Below, piece after piece: positions 14,434-27,292 of a stretch of DNA of 64,000 bases (positions are counted from its first letter, which is position 1; each line of letters opens with the position of its first letter). The stretch lies in the NCBI GenBank assembly GCA_040954595.2, contig CM082593.2:6789579-6853578 (forward strand), written 5' to 3'. The position numbers and the translations under genes were made by a program. Origin of the DNA: Balanoglossus misakiensis (taxonomy: Eukaryota > Animalia > Hemichordata). The notes under the pieces are model-generated. The model worked only from the letters and a program-made list of their open reading frames with translations, did not search any database and was not told where the DNA came from.

Positions 14434-17400
14434 TCGGTAGTGGCAGTTGCTACATTGCTGCTGACTGTACTCAACACACAGGGCATCAAACACTGCCTGC
14501 AGATCATGTACCACAGATATTTACGAGCCATTAAATCCTGCACTTGATCCTGACCTTAAACAGTTTACAGGTTCTCATTTGTCACCCTGGAAACGCCTCA
14601 TTAATAATCACTTCCAGTCATGCTGTGATAGAGTTTATCATCAATGTGTGTGAGGACAGAGGAATTGTCAGAGTGGGGGGGGGGGGGGGGGGGGGGGGAG
14701 TTCCGATGACCCCTGCAATGACCTCAAGTGCGTCCTGAGTGGTTTGTTGATTCAATAGTACCACATGTTGATAAATATGCTGATGTTTATGTGTTGAACA
14801 TTTGAGAAGTATACACAGCGGGATCAAAGGCCGGCTTCAATCTGTAGAGGATGTTTATTTGGAGTTCCAGTCACCTGCCATTCGTAGAAATGACTTTTGC
14901 TACATGTTTTGGCTGCAGGCATTTTTTGGGACACCTTGAAATTGTCTCCAAAGCCACAGTCCTCTAGAGACCCATCGTATCTTTCTAGATCTTTTACACT
15001 GATTGATGTCAACATTAAGCTTATTAATAATTTATCAATTTTGTGTTAGATTTTGAAGCACCAATAGCTATAATTACAAGAAAAAGTTGAAATTTAGCAC
15101 AGATTGGTGTTTCCAAACGGGAAATGATCACCTTGTCTCTCATAGCCGCACACCTCTACTGAAGTGGTAATATGAGGGTCTGTCTCAAGATAAACCAATC
15201 GAGTCTGCACTAATTACAGAATTATATGGCCGTATGACATGCAGTATCTACTGAGAGTATTGGCGATTTAGCTGTCTAATTTCCAGCCTGGACTGCCATA
15301 TAAACTAACCTTAAAAGTACAGAGACAATTTTCGGATTATTCTTAAGCCACACAGTACAACACAGCATCGTCTTCGCAGAATCTTTATCTGTTATTCACA
15401 ATCACAGTCACGTTAGCAGGCTGGCCATATGCCACGTACTTACACTTTTAATGAAGACAGAAATTCTTCCGAGAGATTACACTGCAATTCAGGGAACTGT
15501 AATTCACAGACACCCATCATCTCAAGTGCTGCAAAAACAAATAAGCAGTTGAGATTATCTGTTTTATGGGATTTCAACGGAATAATGATCAAAACCTGCA
15601 GAAGGGATTCAATTTCTGTAATTGAGAAAGAGAGAGAGAATGTGTGTGTGCATCTGTCTGTGATGATATCCTTTACAATGATGCATTCTCCATAAAACTA
15701 TATATGTTTGAATTGTTTAAAATGGACAGGATATCAATGTCTGACACTAAAATTTTAACCGTGGAATATTTCCTCAAAGTCCCTGTAGCTGTGCTGCGTG
15801 CCACTGGGATAAAAATGCCAATGGGAATGTAAATTTGCACATACTTGGTGTATGGACTGAGTTTTCCATCACTGTTTACGGAATTTCCTAAATGGATCCG
15901 GTATATCCGTGTTAGTGATGGCGTGTCTTAGCAGTGCATGTAGGATTTTCGGCGTCCATGGCCATTTTTTCGGTCCCCGGATGTTTGAAACATTCCGACA
16001 ATAATGCGAAAATTTTCCTGCGTGTGATTGTCGAGGCAACAGGAACATTTCTGTCCATCGATTGAAAATACCAGAGTTAATAAGGAAAGAATGCAGCATT
16101 TTTTTAGATGACTCACAGAAAGAGGATATTGGATTTGCGTCGTAACTGCCTGCGCGAGTACAAATGAGAGTGGACCACACATTTCCGTGAGCTGTCAAAT
16201 ACATTACGTAGATCCGGAATGCGCCAGTATATGCTTGGGAACTCGACAATCGACCGCTGGTGAAGAATCAATAGAATTTTTAAAGAGCTGCAGGCTTTTT
16301 TTTTCCCGGGATCTCGACACAAACGCAGGTATAGGAGGATGGAGACATTGTTTCCTTTGAGAGCAGCTGGTACGCCTATCGCTGGAAATTCAATGAAAAC
16401 CATCGCTGCTGGTTTCACGTATCGATGTAATCCTTTCTTACAATTCAATACACAGAAGCCAGCTAGAAAACATGTAGATGTATTGTTTTACTTCGATGAA
16501 AACCTTTTTGTCCAACGCAGCCTAGCATAGTTCATATTCGATAAGTTTTAATCAGACTCCAACATCAGTAGAAATTCAGCATGGTCAGTGTCTTGTGTAA
16601 TTGGCTGTTGCCATGACAATGACTTTTGACCTTCCAGTATAATTCCTCGCAAGTATCCATCGTTAAAATTTAAAGTTTTCTTCTGCGGTCAAATTTCTTC
16701 ATAAGACATAGTATAACTGTAAGTTTGGCTAAATCAACAGAATGGACTCTGTTCAGGTCATAACTGTGACTCACGTAAGATTTAAAATTGTGATCAAGAT
16801 ACGAAGCAATAATGTGTGAAACAAAGGTTGCTATTCAGAAATTTGAATCCACAAGATGGTTCAATGTAAGATACATCCAGATCTGTTAAAATAGAGTGCA
16901 CTTTAATTGAGAGAAGTTGACAATTTTCTCTGTCTCGATCTCTCTCCATAAAATGCATATGCGGAAGGGTTGAGATTGGACATTTCAGCTCGGTTACCGT
17001 GGTGACAGGGGAAAATGGGGGAGAAGCATCCTGTCTTATAAGGAAATAGGAAGTCTTGAAAAAGTGTCTGCGCTTACTGAGGTTTTGTCGTCCATTATTC
17101 ATTATGCTGTCAAGTTTCTCTGCGCAGACTGGACGATACAATTATAAATCGATAACATTGCATTTGCATGGAATTTCCCACATGTGGTCACAGATGTGTG
17201 CGATATCGCATCTGTGATCATCGGACCAGAATATGAATATCCGACACTAGAATATGACTGTCTTTGAAGATATTACAGAGACTAAGTCAGCGAAAGGTCA
17301 CTGTATTGGTTGCCCTGGAGACCATTCATGTAGAGAGAGAGAGAGAGAGAAGAGTTGGACCCATCACATTGCATCACAGCACGTAATGGAGCGTTATTGA

Positions 17401-20378
17401 TCGTGAGCAAATGCATGTAAAATTAAAAGAGAGTTCAGAAATTAATACCTTGTGTCACTATTGTAAATGTTTCAATATTAGCTTTGTCAATGGGTGGCGG
17501 CATAGTTCCATCACCAATGATATCCAATCATAAATTAATAAAATCATGTGAAGTGAGCATGATAGTACCTTCAGTGTCTAGATCACGCTGTGAAAAAAAA
17601 GTAATTTGATGTAGCATTATCTGTGCGGTGATTGCGGTCAAAAGAATATATGACTTGAGGGCAGTTTGATTGTATGACTTATCTGAAAGTGGCGGTAACT
17701 GTAACTTCTGGTAATTTTTTCGTAATTTTAGTTCCGTTTGTAAGTTACTTTACTGTGTTCCTTGCTTTCTGAAGTACACTGCACTGCCAGGAATGTGTCT
17801 TGTCAGTGCAAGTGTGTATGACGTATTTTGATGATTTAGGAACCACTAATAAATAAATAAATAAACAAGCAATACTAATTGATTTCTTGGAATAAATACG
17901 TTCCCATTATCCCTTTATAATAGATTCAGACGAGATTGAGTGAAGAAATCTTTAACACACAAATTGGCTCTTGAAAACATTGATTTCACCACCGAGTCTG
18001 TTAGAACAGGGGAATATTACGCTGACCCACATATTTCATACCGTTCTCAAGAATGCTGTTACACTGTGATTACTGCACAGTCATTTTTTTGACGAGAAGA
18101 AGTCCGATTGTGAATCCCTGAGAAGAACTAATGAAAGAGTCCACGGGGGATTTCAGAGACAGTGTCGAGACTGTCAGATCACATGACCGCCTGCAGACCC
18201 TTGTCAAAGATCAGTCGCATAAAATGATTCTCCAGTGGTTCTGTGTGTGCGTCTCGTTTCACGGAGATATTTCAAAGGGAGTCCGCCAGTAACAGGGGGA
18301 AATGTACAACGACAGTCAATTGGTTTCTCGTGTATCCAAGTGAGCAAAAGCTCCCCCGAAATGGCCAGAGGGGACCCGATTGCATTGATTGCAAAAAGTC
18401 GCCCGCGGGCAGGCATCAGCAGTGCACGGCCACGCTTGACTGTAGCGTCTGATAATAGAGGGGGGGCCGACAGATGATGGGAACAGAGCAACACTCAATC
18501 GCGTGGAGTCAAACAGCTGAACGTCTCACTGATTTGCTTTGGATTCTTTGATTCGGATGCGGGTAACCATGGCCGCCGTGTTCGGATTTATTCATAACTT
18601 CTGGTGGCAATGTTCTGTCTCAAAATCATATACTCAGCGGCACATAAGAACGTACATTTCACAGAATTGCTGTGCTGTGCGTTTCACTCATGGCTAAATA
18701 ACTGGAAGCTGTACTTTGTTTCCCAGGGGAGAAAGCCACTTTCCCAATTAACTCTTTAAGTGCCTTGGCCCTGGGGACACAGAAAGAAAACATTTTTTTT
18801 CTCTTCAACAATTCTTTGACAGTTTATAGCACCTTAACATTTAATGTCTTTGCAATTGAATGAAATGACACTGACTGAAGTCGTGTTTTCCATCCGAAGT
18901 CCCTAAAGACCATTCATTGGAACAGATTACAGAAAAGTAGCCATGTTTGAAACAGACAGTTCATTTCCCAAATCAATTTACAGCACGCTGCAATTCCCCC
19001 CCAAATATCTATTAAAGGCATATCACAAAAGAAAGTGAAATTGGTGTGATTACATTTCTCAAGCTTAGCTGAAAGCTTTAGTGAACATCAGTTTTGCTAG
19101 AGTAGATGTTCTGCGTTAAGTGTTAATTTAGTTTTTAGAGATGATCTCTTCCATTCTCTAGATGTGATTCTTTGCTGCTAGGGTAGAGTTCGGGGAGGTT
19201 TTGAATAAATGTTTGCTTTGTGATGAGGGTGAATTGCATTTTTGGAGGTGTGTAATGGTTTCCAACTGTTACCCAATTGAAATGTTTAATCAAGCGTGGT
19301 AGAATATTTTAAAAAGACTTTCAGGGAATACATACACTTCGATGCATTATCCAAACAGTGAATTAGGCAACTACCCAGCTAATTTGATGTTTTTATTAAA
19401 TTAAAATGAAACTTGTTTATCTGTACAGGATATACTTTCAGTAGTTTTTCTACCCTTTTTGATCTTCGTCACTTTTTGTGGTTTTGGAATCAGGAAATAC
19501 TCGTACTACCACATGTATAATGTTATTGCTGTGAACATATACTGAGTGTGGCATCCTGGGTCATACTGATATATTAGGCTGAACAACTACTAATTCTCGA
19601 CTTTGCGTTCTTGAAATTCTTGTGTCAATCATAGATTTGTTTCCCACTTTTCAAACTTTTGAAAAGAGTGTTTGAGATTGACCGCGATGTAATTTTATTG
19701 GCTATTTTAAGCATCCATTGTCCTATCGTTCAAGAAATGAATTAAACCATCCGAGTTTGATATATGTGTCAGGAAAATGTCAGAACTACTCAAGCCAACC
19801 CAGAATCCAATCATTTCACAGTTTTCTGGTGCAAATCGGTCACTGTTTGAGTGCATGTCTCACCCATTTTTTTGAAACGCATGTTCATATTAAACGTGTC
19901 CAAGTATACGATCAATCATTACAAGTGCCGCGAGATTTTTATTGTTCAATGAATATTTGATGTGTCAATTTCTGCCAGTAATGATAATGGCTGCTCTCAG
20001 AATCAGAAGGTCAAGAACAGCTGCAGCTAAAACCATAACCGAGTAATTTTAGGCGTACTTATCACAAACGAATGACTTTCACAAGCATGATTTATTGGAG
20101 TTTTTATTCAGAAACATACGAGATTGACAAGTTCCCGTGAGACATCACCTTCTGGGGTTTGTGAACGACCCTCTTGGACAGAAAATAAATAATTTTATGG
20201 GTTCATATGTAAGAATTCTCACAGGAAAAACCAACAGTGACTTTAAAAATAGATTTCTGAGTTACGATAAAAGCGAAAAAATTATGGAACCTTTTGCATA
20301 CATTTGTAAGTTTCACACGATTGTTTGTTTTGAAATATTTGTGGAAAGGTTTGTGGTCAACTATATACTTTCTTAATA

Positions 20379-20538
20379 CAGTACCAAGGGGCTGAAGAAA
20401 TTGTTTGGTTTGCAGAGGTGTCACTGTTCGGTTTATAGAGGTTCTTTTAAGATGTGGTTCTATGATAAAGGACTGGAATGTTTTCATTATAGACAGGTTT
20501 CCAGATTAAAGAGTGTTTAGTTTGGACAGGTTTTACTG
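20379..20538. mobile_element. Degenerate Tc1/pogo-like MITE
   Basis: Right end GACAGGTTTTACTG-TA; left end reduced to TA-CAGTA. Confidence 0.5.
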
Positions 20539-22280
20539 TACTTCAATGGTAAACCAGCTATCATGAACCTGCATGATACATCTTTAATATTTCTTCCCAC
20601 TATAATGTGAACAGTGACCCCATTCTATGAAATCAGAACCTAGAAAAAAATCATAGGCCAAGGCAATTTGTAATGCATCTCAAGGTTTTAACACAGATAA
20701 TTTTTTCTCCAGTAAATAGCGCAAATTACAGCGCTCGCAGGACTTCCAGCTGAACTGCGGGGCAAATAGACAGCGACCTCTGACCTCTGACCCCGGTAAA
20801 TGGAATGTGAAGTCAAACAAGACAACTCAACTGCAGTGGCAGCCAATTTGGAAATTAAATGACCCGCCCTTGTACGTGCTTCCGTGCAAGTCGTAATCAC
20901 GACGTTGTATGTAAATTATCGTAGATTAACCGAAGATGAGTCGGTGCATTTGTGAGTACCCCAGGGTAGAGACACGGGAACGACAGACTTACAAAATTCA
21001 CCGAGGGGATTTTTGAACTGGACTCCAAATGTCATGAAGGCAATGGAGTAATACAGGTGGTTGGATTTTTCCGGATTTACGGCTTAATATCTCGCGATCG
21101 CGTCGTCTGCCGAAAGGACGTCTTTGTACGATCAGTGCCTCATTAGCATAAACCCAGAGACAGACGTTTATGCATCACCAATCTTGGCAACATAGTACCT
21201 CATCAGCTTTAAATAAAAAGCATCTTTTTTTCTTAATGCATTATGCAGTTCAACTGTGATGTCGTGCTGGGTTTTATTTCACCGCTGAAGCATCGGCACA
21301 CAAAATTTCTCTGATTACTAAGAGTTTTAACTCATTGAAGAATTATCTTGTCAAATTGAATGGTCAATTTCATCAAACTGTTTTTCAATTACCATTCTTT
21401 CATTACATTATCAAACATCAGCAGGAAATATCAGAGTTTTTTTTTGCCAGGTCAGCGTCATGAAAATTTCATTCAGCAAGAACTGGTATCCCACCCGAAC
21501 GTTGCCATAGAAACGCTGATATTTCGCTCGCAGGCATTGTGGCGGCATCGGTACATTTGTATTATGACAATGTTAGGGAAATTAGACACTCAAAGTGACC
21601 TTATTGGATGTCATTTTCAATCTCCAATTTGCGATCAGAAAAAATGAGATATTTTCAAGCAAAATGTATCGGTAGAATTACTTTTTTCAGTCAGTTTTTA
21701 CTGGTCATGGCCCATCACAAATAAATAAATAAACCATATCACCTTGATATAGCATAATTTTCACCATTTCGAACTCTTCCTGTCAAATTGAACATAAAAG
21801 CCTTACAGTTCACAGATAGGGCAGGTTTTATGCTGATGTACCTACTGAAACAAACTCAGTGGGTGCGTAATACTGTATTATCTATAGTTGTAAAAAAATC
21901 AATAACTGAAACATAAAAACACTATCAGTATAATTTATGAGAGAAGAGAGGTTTTCAAAATGGCCGTAAATATGATATTTAAAAAGACGTGTTTAGATGA
22001 GCTCTGTATTGAAGGGGTATTAGTAGCAACCCTTGGCTCCCCCCCCCCTCCCCATATCAACTTTGTTCTTTAGTCTTTTTCTTTACTAGTTGTAGTTGAG
22101 AAATTAGTTCAAGTCCAGACTTTGATTCATTAATCTTCAACAAATGACAATGGTGACTGTATTGGTCTATGTTGATAAGCTAAAAGCTGAGTACCGGTAT
22201 TTTAATTAAGTAACATAGTACCTTATATAGGGATTCAAACAAGAAATTGGTTGGTTCATCAATAAAATACCCCCCCCCAA

Positions 22281-22281
<1 letters not shown>

Positions 22282-22316
<35 letters not shown>

Positions 22317-22345
22317 AACAAAACAAAAACAAAAACAAAAAACAA
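22282..22345. repeat. (AAC)n/(AAAAC)n microsatellite
   Basis: Direct reading. Confidence 0.9.
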
Positions 22346-25300
22346 TCACCTAAAAGTTACAGCTATGGAGCTTTAAACTAAATTAAAGTGTAAGAACATA
22401 TGCCATATATGGTTAAAAGGGGCGTGTCTAAGTGGTCTAATGACCATGTGGTGGCACACTTTTTTCACATGGCCACCCAAGTGAAAATCTGTTATTGGAT
22501 AGCTTGTACAGCATCCATCAAACCTTCGGCTAAATTTATGCAGTCAAGTATTGTGCCTGTAATATAGAATAGATATATACAGTGAATATCTCCAATCATT
22601 TCTAAATTCAATCATTGATTTTAAAACTTTTCCAGTAAATTTAACAATGTCCCCATGAATTAAAAATTCTCTGATGCTTTCAGTCAAGTGTATTCTCCTG
22701 CTGTTCTTAGATGATCTTTCATGTACAATTACATTTTCTCAATACAATGAATGCTATCAGTTTATTAGAAAATTGCTGGATCAAAAAAAATTGCAAATTG
22801 ACTAAAACGCTGTGATGAATGAGATACATCAAGGCAGAAATTATGTAAAGCATTTCGGGTGTGCAAAAGCGATTGAAGGCGTTTCACATCCTCAGGGAAG
22901 GATTTTAATGCAATGATCGTCTCTTTATATCTTGTAGGTATACGTGTCGTTTTACAAAATGGCCAAGAAATTATATTCACATCAAACGTGATCACATTTG
23001 TAGAGATAGACAACTATACTGAATGCAAAATTTGTTATAGTTTAGGTGGTCTTGTATTTCAATCCCACAATTCACATTTGCCGACCCTTGATTCTGTCTT
23101 TTTGATGTTCCAAAAAAATGTGATTTTTTGGCAGTTTTGTCAAAAAATTAAGAAATCATTAAGTGCTGTTGTGGGTTATACTAGTATGTAGTACAGAGAC
23201 TGAAATCAGAATTTGCCAAATATCGCGGCATTTTCCGTTTCTGATTTCAGTAGAAGCAAGCAATTATGCAGAGCATTTGATGAATTTGGTTTTGTAATTC
23301 AATACCGTATTAAATACATCCAAGAGATGTTTTCAACTGTATTATTTTAATCCGTCTGTAATGCGATATGCAGGAAAGGATGGATGCAGTTAATCACTCA
23401 ACAAGGGTTGCTGTCGGCTGACATTTGAGATGAAAATTACAAGTCTCTCTAAAACCGCTTAAATTTCTGTACAATTTTCAAACGGTGTGATATTTGCACG
23501 GTAAAACAGCCTCATAAAGCCGTCACACCTCTGGACAGAGATCAGTGAATCGCGCAGACCGGTAATCTATAATGTAGACGATTTTCAGAATAACACGAAC
23601 ACAACATATTGTGTGAGAGTCTTAGCTCGTACAGACAGTTCCACTGTGTATACACTGATGCATAACAGCCTTTTGCTTCCCTCTGCCAGCAAAGACAACC
23701 TGATTAAAATTACATGCCAGCTATTGGCTTTTATGGCCAGCTCACGCTGTGAGCACTGTAAAGCTAAGATGTAAAAATCAATCAAAGTGTTCAATCCAAT
23801 TTGAACGAGTTGGATCCCAGCTGACACCCCTCCACGCCTTAATGTTGAAAAATGGGCCCCAATTATGTCCATTGTCAAGGTTTTGTATTTTGCCTGAATA
23901 ATTTAGATTACTGTGGATCTTGAGAAATAGAATTAAATTGTAGTTGTGTGTGTGTGGGGGGGGGGGGGGGGGGGGGGGCTTGTGGGCGTGTGTGTATATG
24001 TATCTAGTATGTGTGTCAAATTTACAGGTGCAAATTTTTTTTCAAGTGTCTATGTGCTTGAGGAAATGTGGGTTTATATAACTGAAAGGGTATAGAGTAC
24101 AGTATTCTGTACATTGTTCACAATATGACCTTTGGTTCACAAGGCCTTGGATACCTTCTTTAATATATCTGTGCACATATATAAACTCCTTGCTGTTTAT
24201 ACCGCTTCTCACAGCACATATATATCTCTCAATTGTTTTCTATACGTAGCAAATTCTTCTGTAGTTGATTAGGTAAAATCATGGTGAAATACATTCCTGT
24301 CAGATTGTTTACCAAGAATGTTTGTAAACATAGTTTTGGATTCCTACCAACTTCCTTGCAACTTGACACAGTTTGGAAAGGACAAACAACAGAGAGTGCC
24401 AATTCTGCTGTATAGCGGTACAGTTATTAAAGCTGTTTATAGTAACCCCACTCTGCTGTTTTCAATTGTTTGAGAAAAATGATGAGCTTTAATTGCACTA
24501 TGAGCATGTTAAACATTAGTAAAAGTATTTCAAGTAAGTACAATGTAGCTTGTTAAATGCTATGATACAGTTCAACATCTTACAAGTTACAGGTGAATAT
24601 AAGTGGATAAGTACCGGTACATGTAATATTGTTAGGTGCACCCCTAAATACGGCCATGTAAAAATTTGAGCACACTGTGTTTGCTGCATCAATAGATCAT
24701 TATTAGATGAGCATATCTGCTGATTCACTGAAAGGGTATAATTTTGTGGCAATGACAATAAAAATCAGATGCTATCTTGGGAAAGAGAAAGTGATTGTAG
24801 GGCTTCATATACCCGCATGACGATGCATCTTTAATATTCCTGTGACAATGCAACTTTAATATTCCTATGGCCAAGCAGACACAAGTTTCGCATGGCAGAA
24901 TAAAATCCATGTGCATGTTCATTTCAGATTGGAAACTGTCACATGTCATTCTCATCTGAGGAACACCACATGGAAAGCCATCACTGGCCACATTCATTAG
25001 CCATTTGCCGTAGTTTGTTTACTTGAATTGAGATTCCATTTGATTTGAAAGGATGCGTTTTAAGGCTCCAATCACCTCTGTGACACGGGTCGTCAGCCGT
25101 TTTTTTAACTCGGTGATTGCGTTCAATAAAATGGGGAACCTGTCACTGCTGTTCTCATCAACCAAGTTTTCTAAACTGAAGTGCATTAAAACTAGATCAA
25201 TTCTTGGCCAAAGATCTCGGAGACAAATGTGTGACATTTGCTCAGTAGCTTTTGGCATGAAAAGAAATATCTCAGGAATACAAATTGGTGATGCTGGAAG

Positions 25301-27121
25301 TTTACTTTGCGCTGGTTGCTGTGAAGTTTGGCTGACAGTGTGTGTGTGTTTTCAAGTATTCCGTCCATGCCTCCTGCAGTCTGAGTTTATATGTATATTG
25401 ATTTGTTAGTTGTTCGGATGAATGGGTCGTTGGTTGTCGGGTTGGAATGGATGGCTGAATTGATGGGCTGTGTGCAAGCTGAGCTGCATGTTTTTTTGCC
25501 GATTGCCTGGCCGGAGTTGGATATTCGCCGTTGATTCAAACCGGCCGACAAGTGGAGATGATTATCTTGTCTTGGTTGGTTGGTCATCTGTGTTTATGGA
25601 GTGATTTTGTCGGTTTAACTTTTAGGAGCCGCCCCAGAAGTTTGTGTCACTCGGGGGTTGATTGCCGTCTTCATCAGTTCATCAATCGTTGATTTTCCTT
25701 TTTTTTGGTTGGTTTGTCATCTAGGCTAGTGGAATAATCTAGTCTGGTGTTCAGTCAGCATTCCAAAGCAGTCTGTCTGTCTCTGATTGGCTGGCTAGCG
25801 TCTTGCCTCAATAATAGTCATATTTGATTGGTGGAGAAATGGAATCGTATCAAACTTTCAGAGTTTATTGGTCGATGCCATACATTTGCATATAAGTATT
25901 TGTTCACCTGCTCAGTGAAGGTCCAATGATCATTCCACGACAGGTACACCATCATGTCTGAGTGAGAGAGGGTTTTGATGTCAGAAAATTAGTTTAAAAA
26001 TATAAACCATACCAGTTCAGAAGTAAATGTTATAAGTTTAATGAAAAGAACCGATCGAACACAGCGCAAACGTGTGATGTTCTACAAATTCAATGTGATG
26101 TTATCAGGCAACCCCATCAGGGCACCATTATGTATACTGTTGTATCGTGATGCAGAATCTCTCCACGCTGGCGGTCTGACTAGTTTTAACACGGCGGGTT
26201 CCCACAAAGGAAAGAGTCTCGTGTAAAAAGAAAAGAAACCTCAGAACTCAATTACGTCTTCATCTTTCCCAGATACGATCTCGTCCGAGTGCATTAATAT
26301 TTGTCATAAAAGCGTTCATTATCCCCCCATCAGATTTGACCCCCATTTCAATAAAAGTTCCCCTGTTTGATCGGGTTGCCATGGCGATGCTGCAATCACA
26401 GCACATCGTATATTTTCAGCTGCGATAAGTGTGCAATTTTTCCCTCCAACCATAAAAGATCGGTGTGCGCAGACTGAGATAAAACTTGGTGACGTGAACA
26501 GAGTTTAATGGTGTTCGGTATCGATTGCATCGCACAAATTTCTATTAACTTTTTCTGCCATCGGTGGTTACACAAGAGGTGGATATCGTACGAATTCACA
26601 AAAAGATAAGACTTCATAACGTACTCTGTTTTATTACCATACAGCTGTGATAACTTTTTTTGACTGTATATAGATATTGTTTTTAGTAAAAGCAGAAAAC
26701 ATGAAATGAGTGCAGAAACATGAAACGTTATTAAAGTTATCTTCTGAGAGTTTCACCTGTGATTGAATGACGTCTGCATAGTCCTTGGGAATTTTATCCA
26801 TTTTTCTAGAATCATTCTGTTCATAATGATAACAAAAAGCCAGGTTGATATTCTGTCCCATATGAACAGCTCACTATATGCAAATCATAGAAATAGAAGT
26901 TTTTATTGTCTGTTATAATCAACCATATGATGAGAATGACGTCACTTTGTTGTCATGACAACCTGTGATTTGATTAATGTTCGTAGTTTTCAAGTCACCT
27001 GATAAAATTAATCCATTTCAAAAATCTTGTGGTTCACGAAGTTGGACAAAAAAACAAATACAATCATGTACATAGCCATAGAGGGCGCTGCTTATAACTC
27101 TCTGTATTTTTCTCGTTGCAG

Positions 27122-27292
27122 GACCCAAGATTCAATTGTGAAATTGATCTACGAACAGGGTACAAGACCAGAAATATTCTCTGTATGCCAGTGAAGGATT
27201 TGGGTGGCAACGTCATTGGTGTTGCACAGGTCATCAATAAAATTATTGACAAAGAAAAAGAGGAAACCGTATTTACTTCGTCGGACGAAAAG
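27122..27292 (+). CDS. PDE exon, GAF-A C-terminal half
   Basis: ttgcag|GAC..AAG|gtttgt; [33 protein letters not shown], phase 0-0. Confidence 0.93.

Noticed and set aside
14268-14543. Poly-His (minus) and poly-Met (plus) ORFs
   Set aside because: Translation artefacts of an (ATG)n microsatellite; no splice or domain support.
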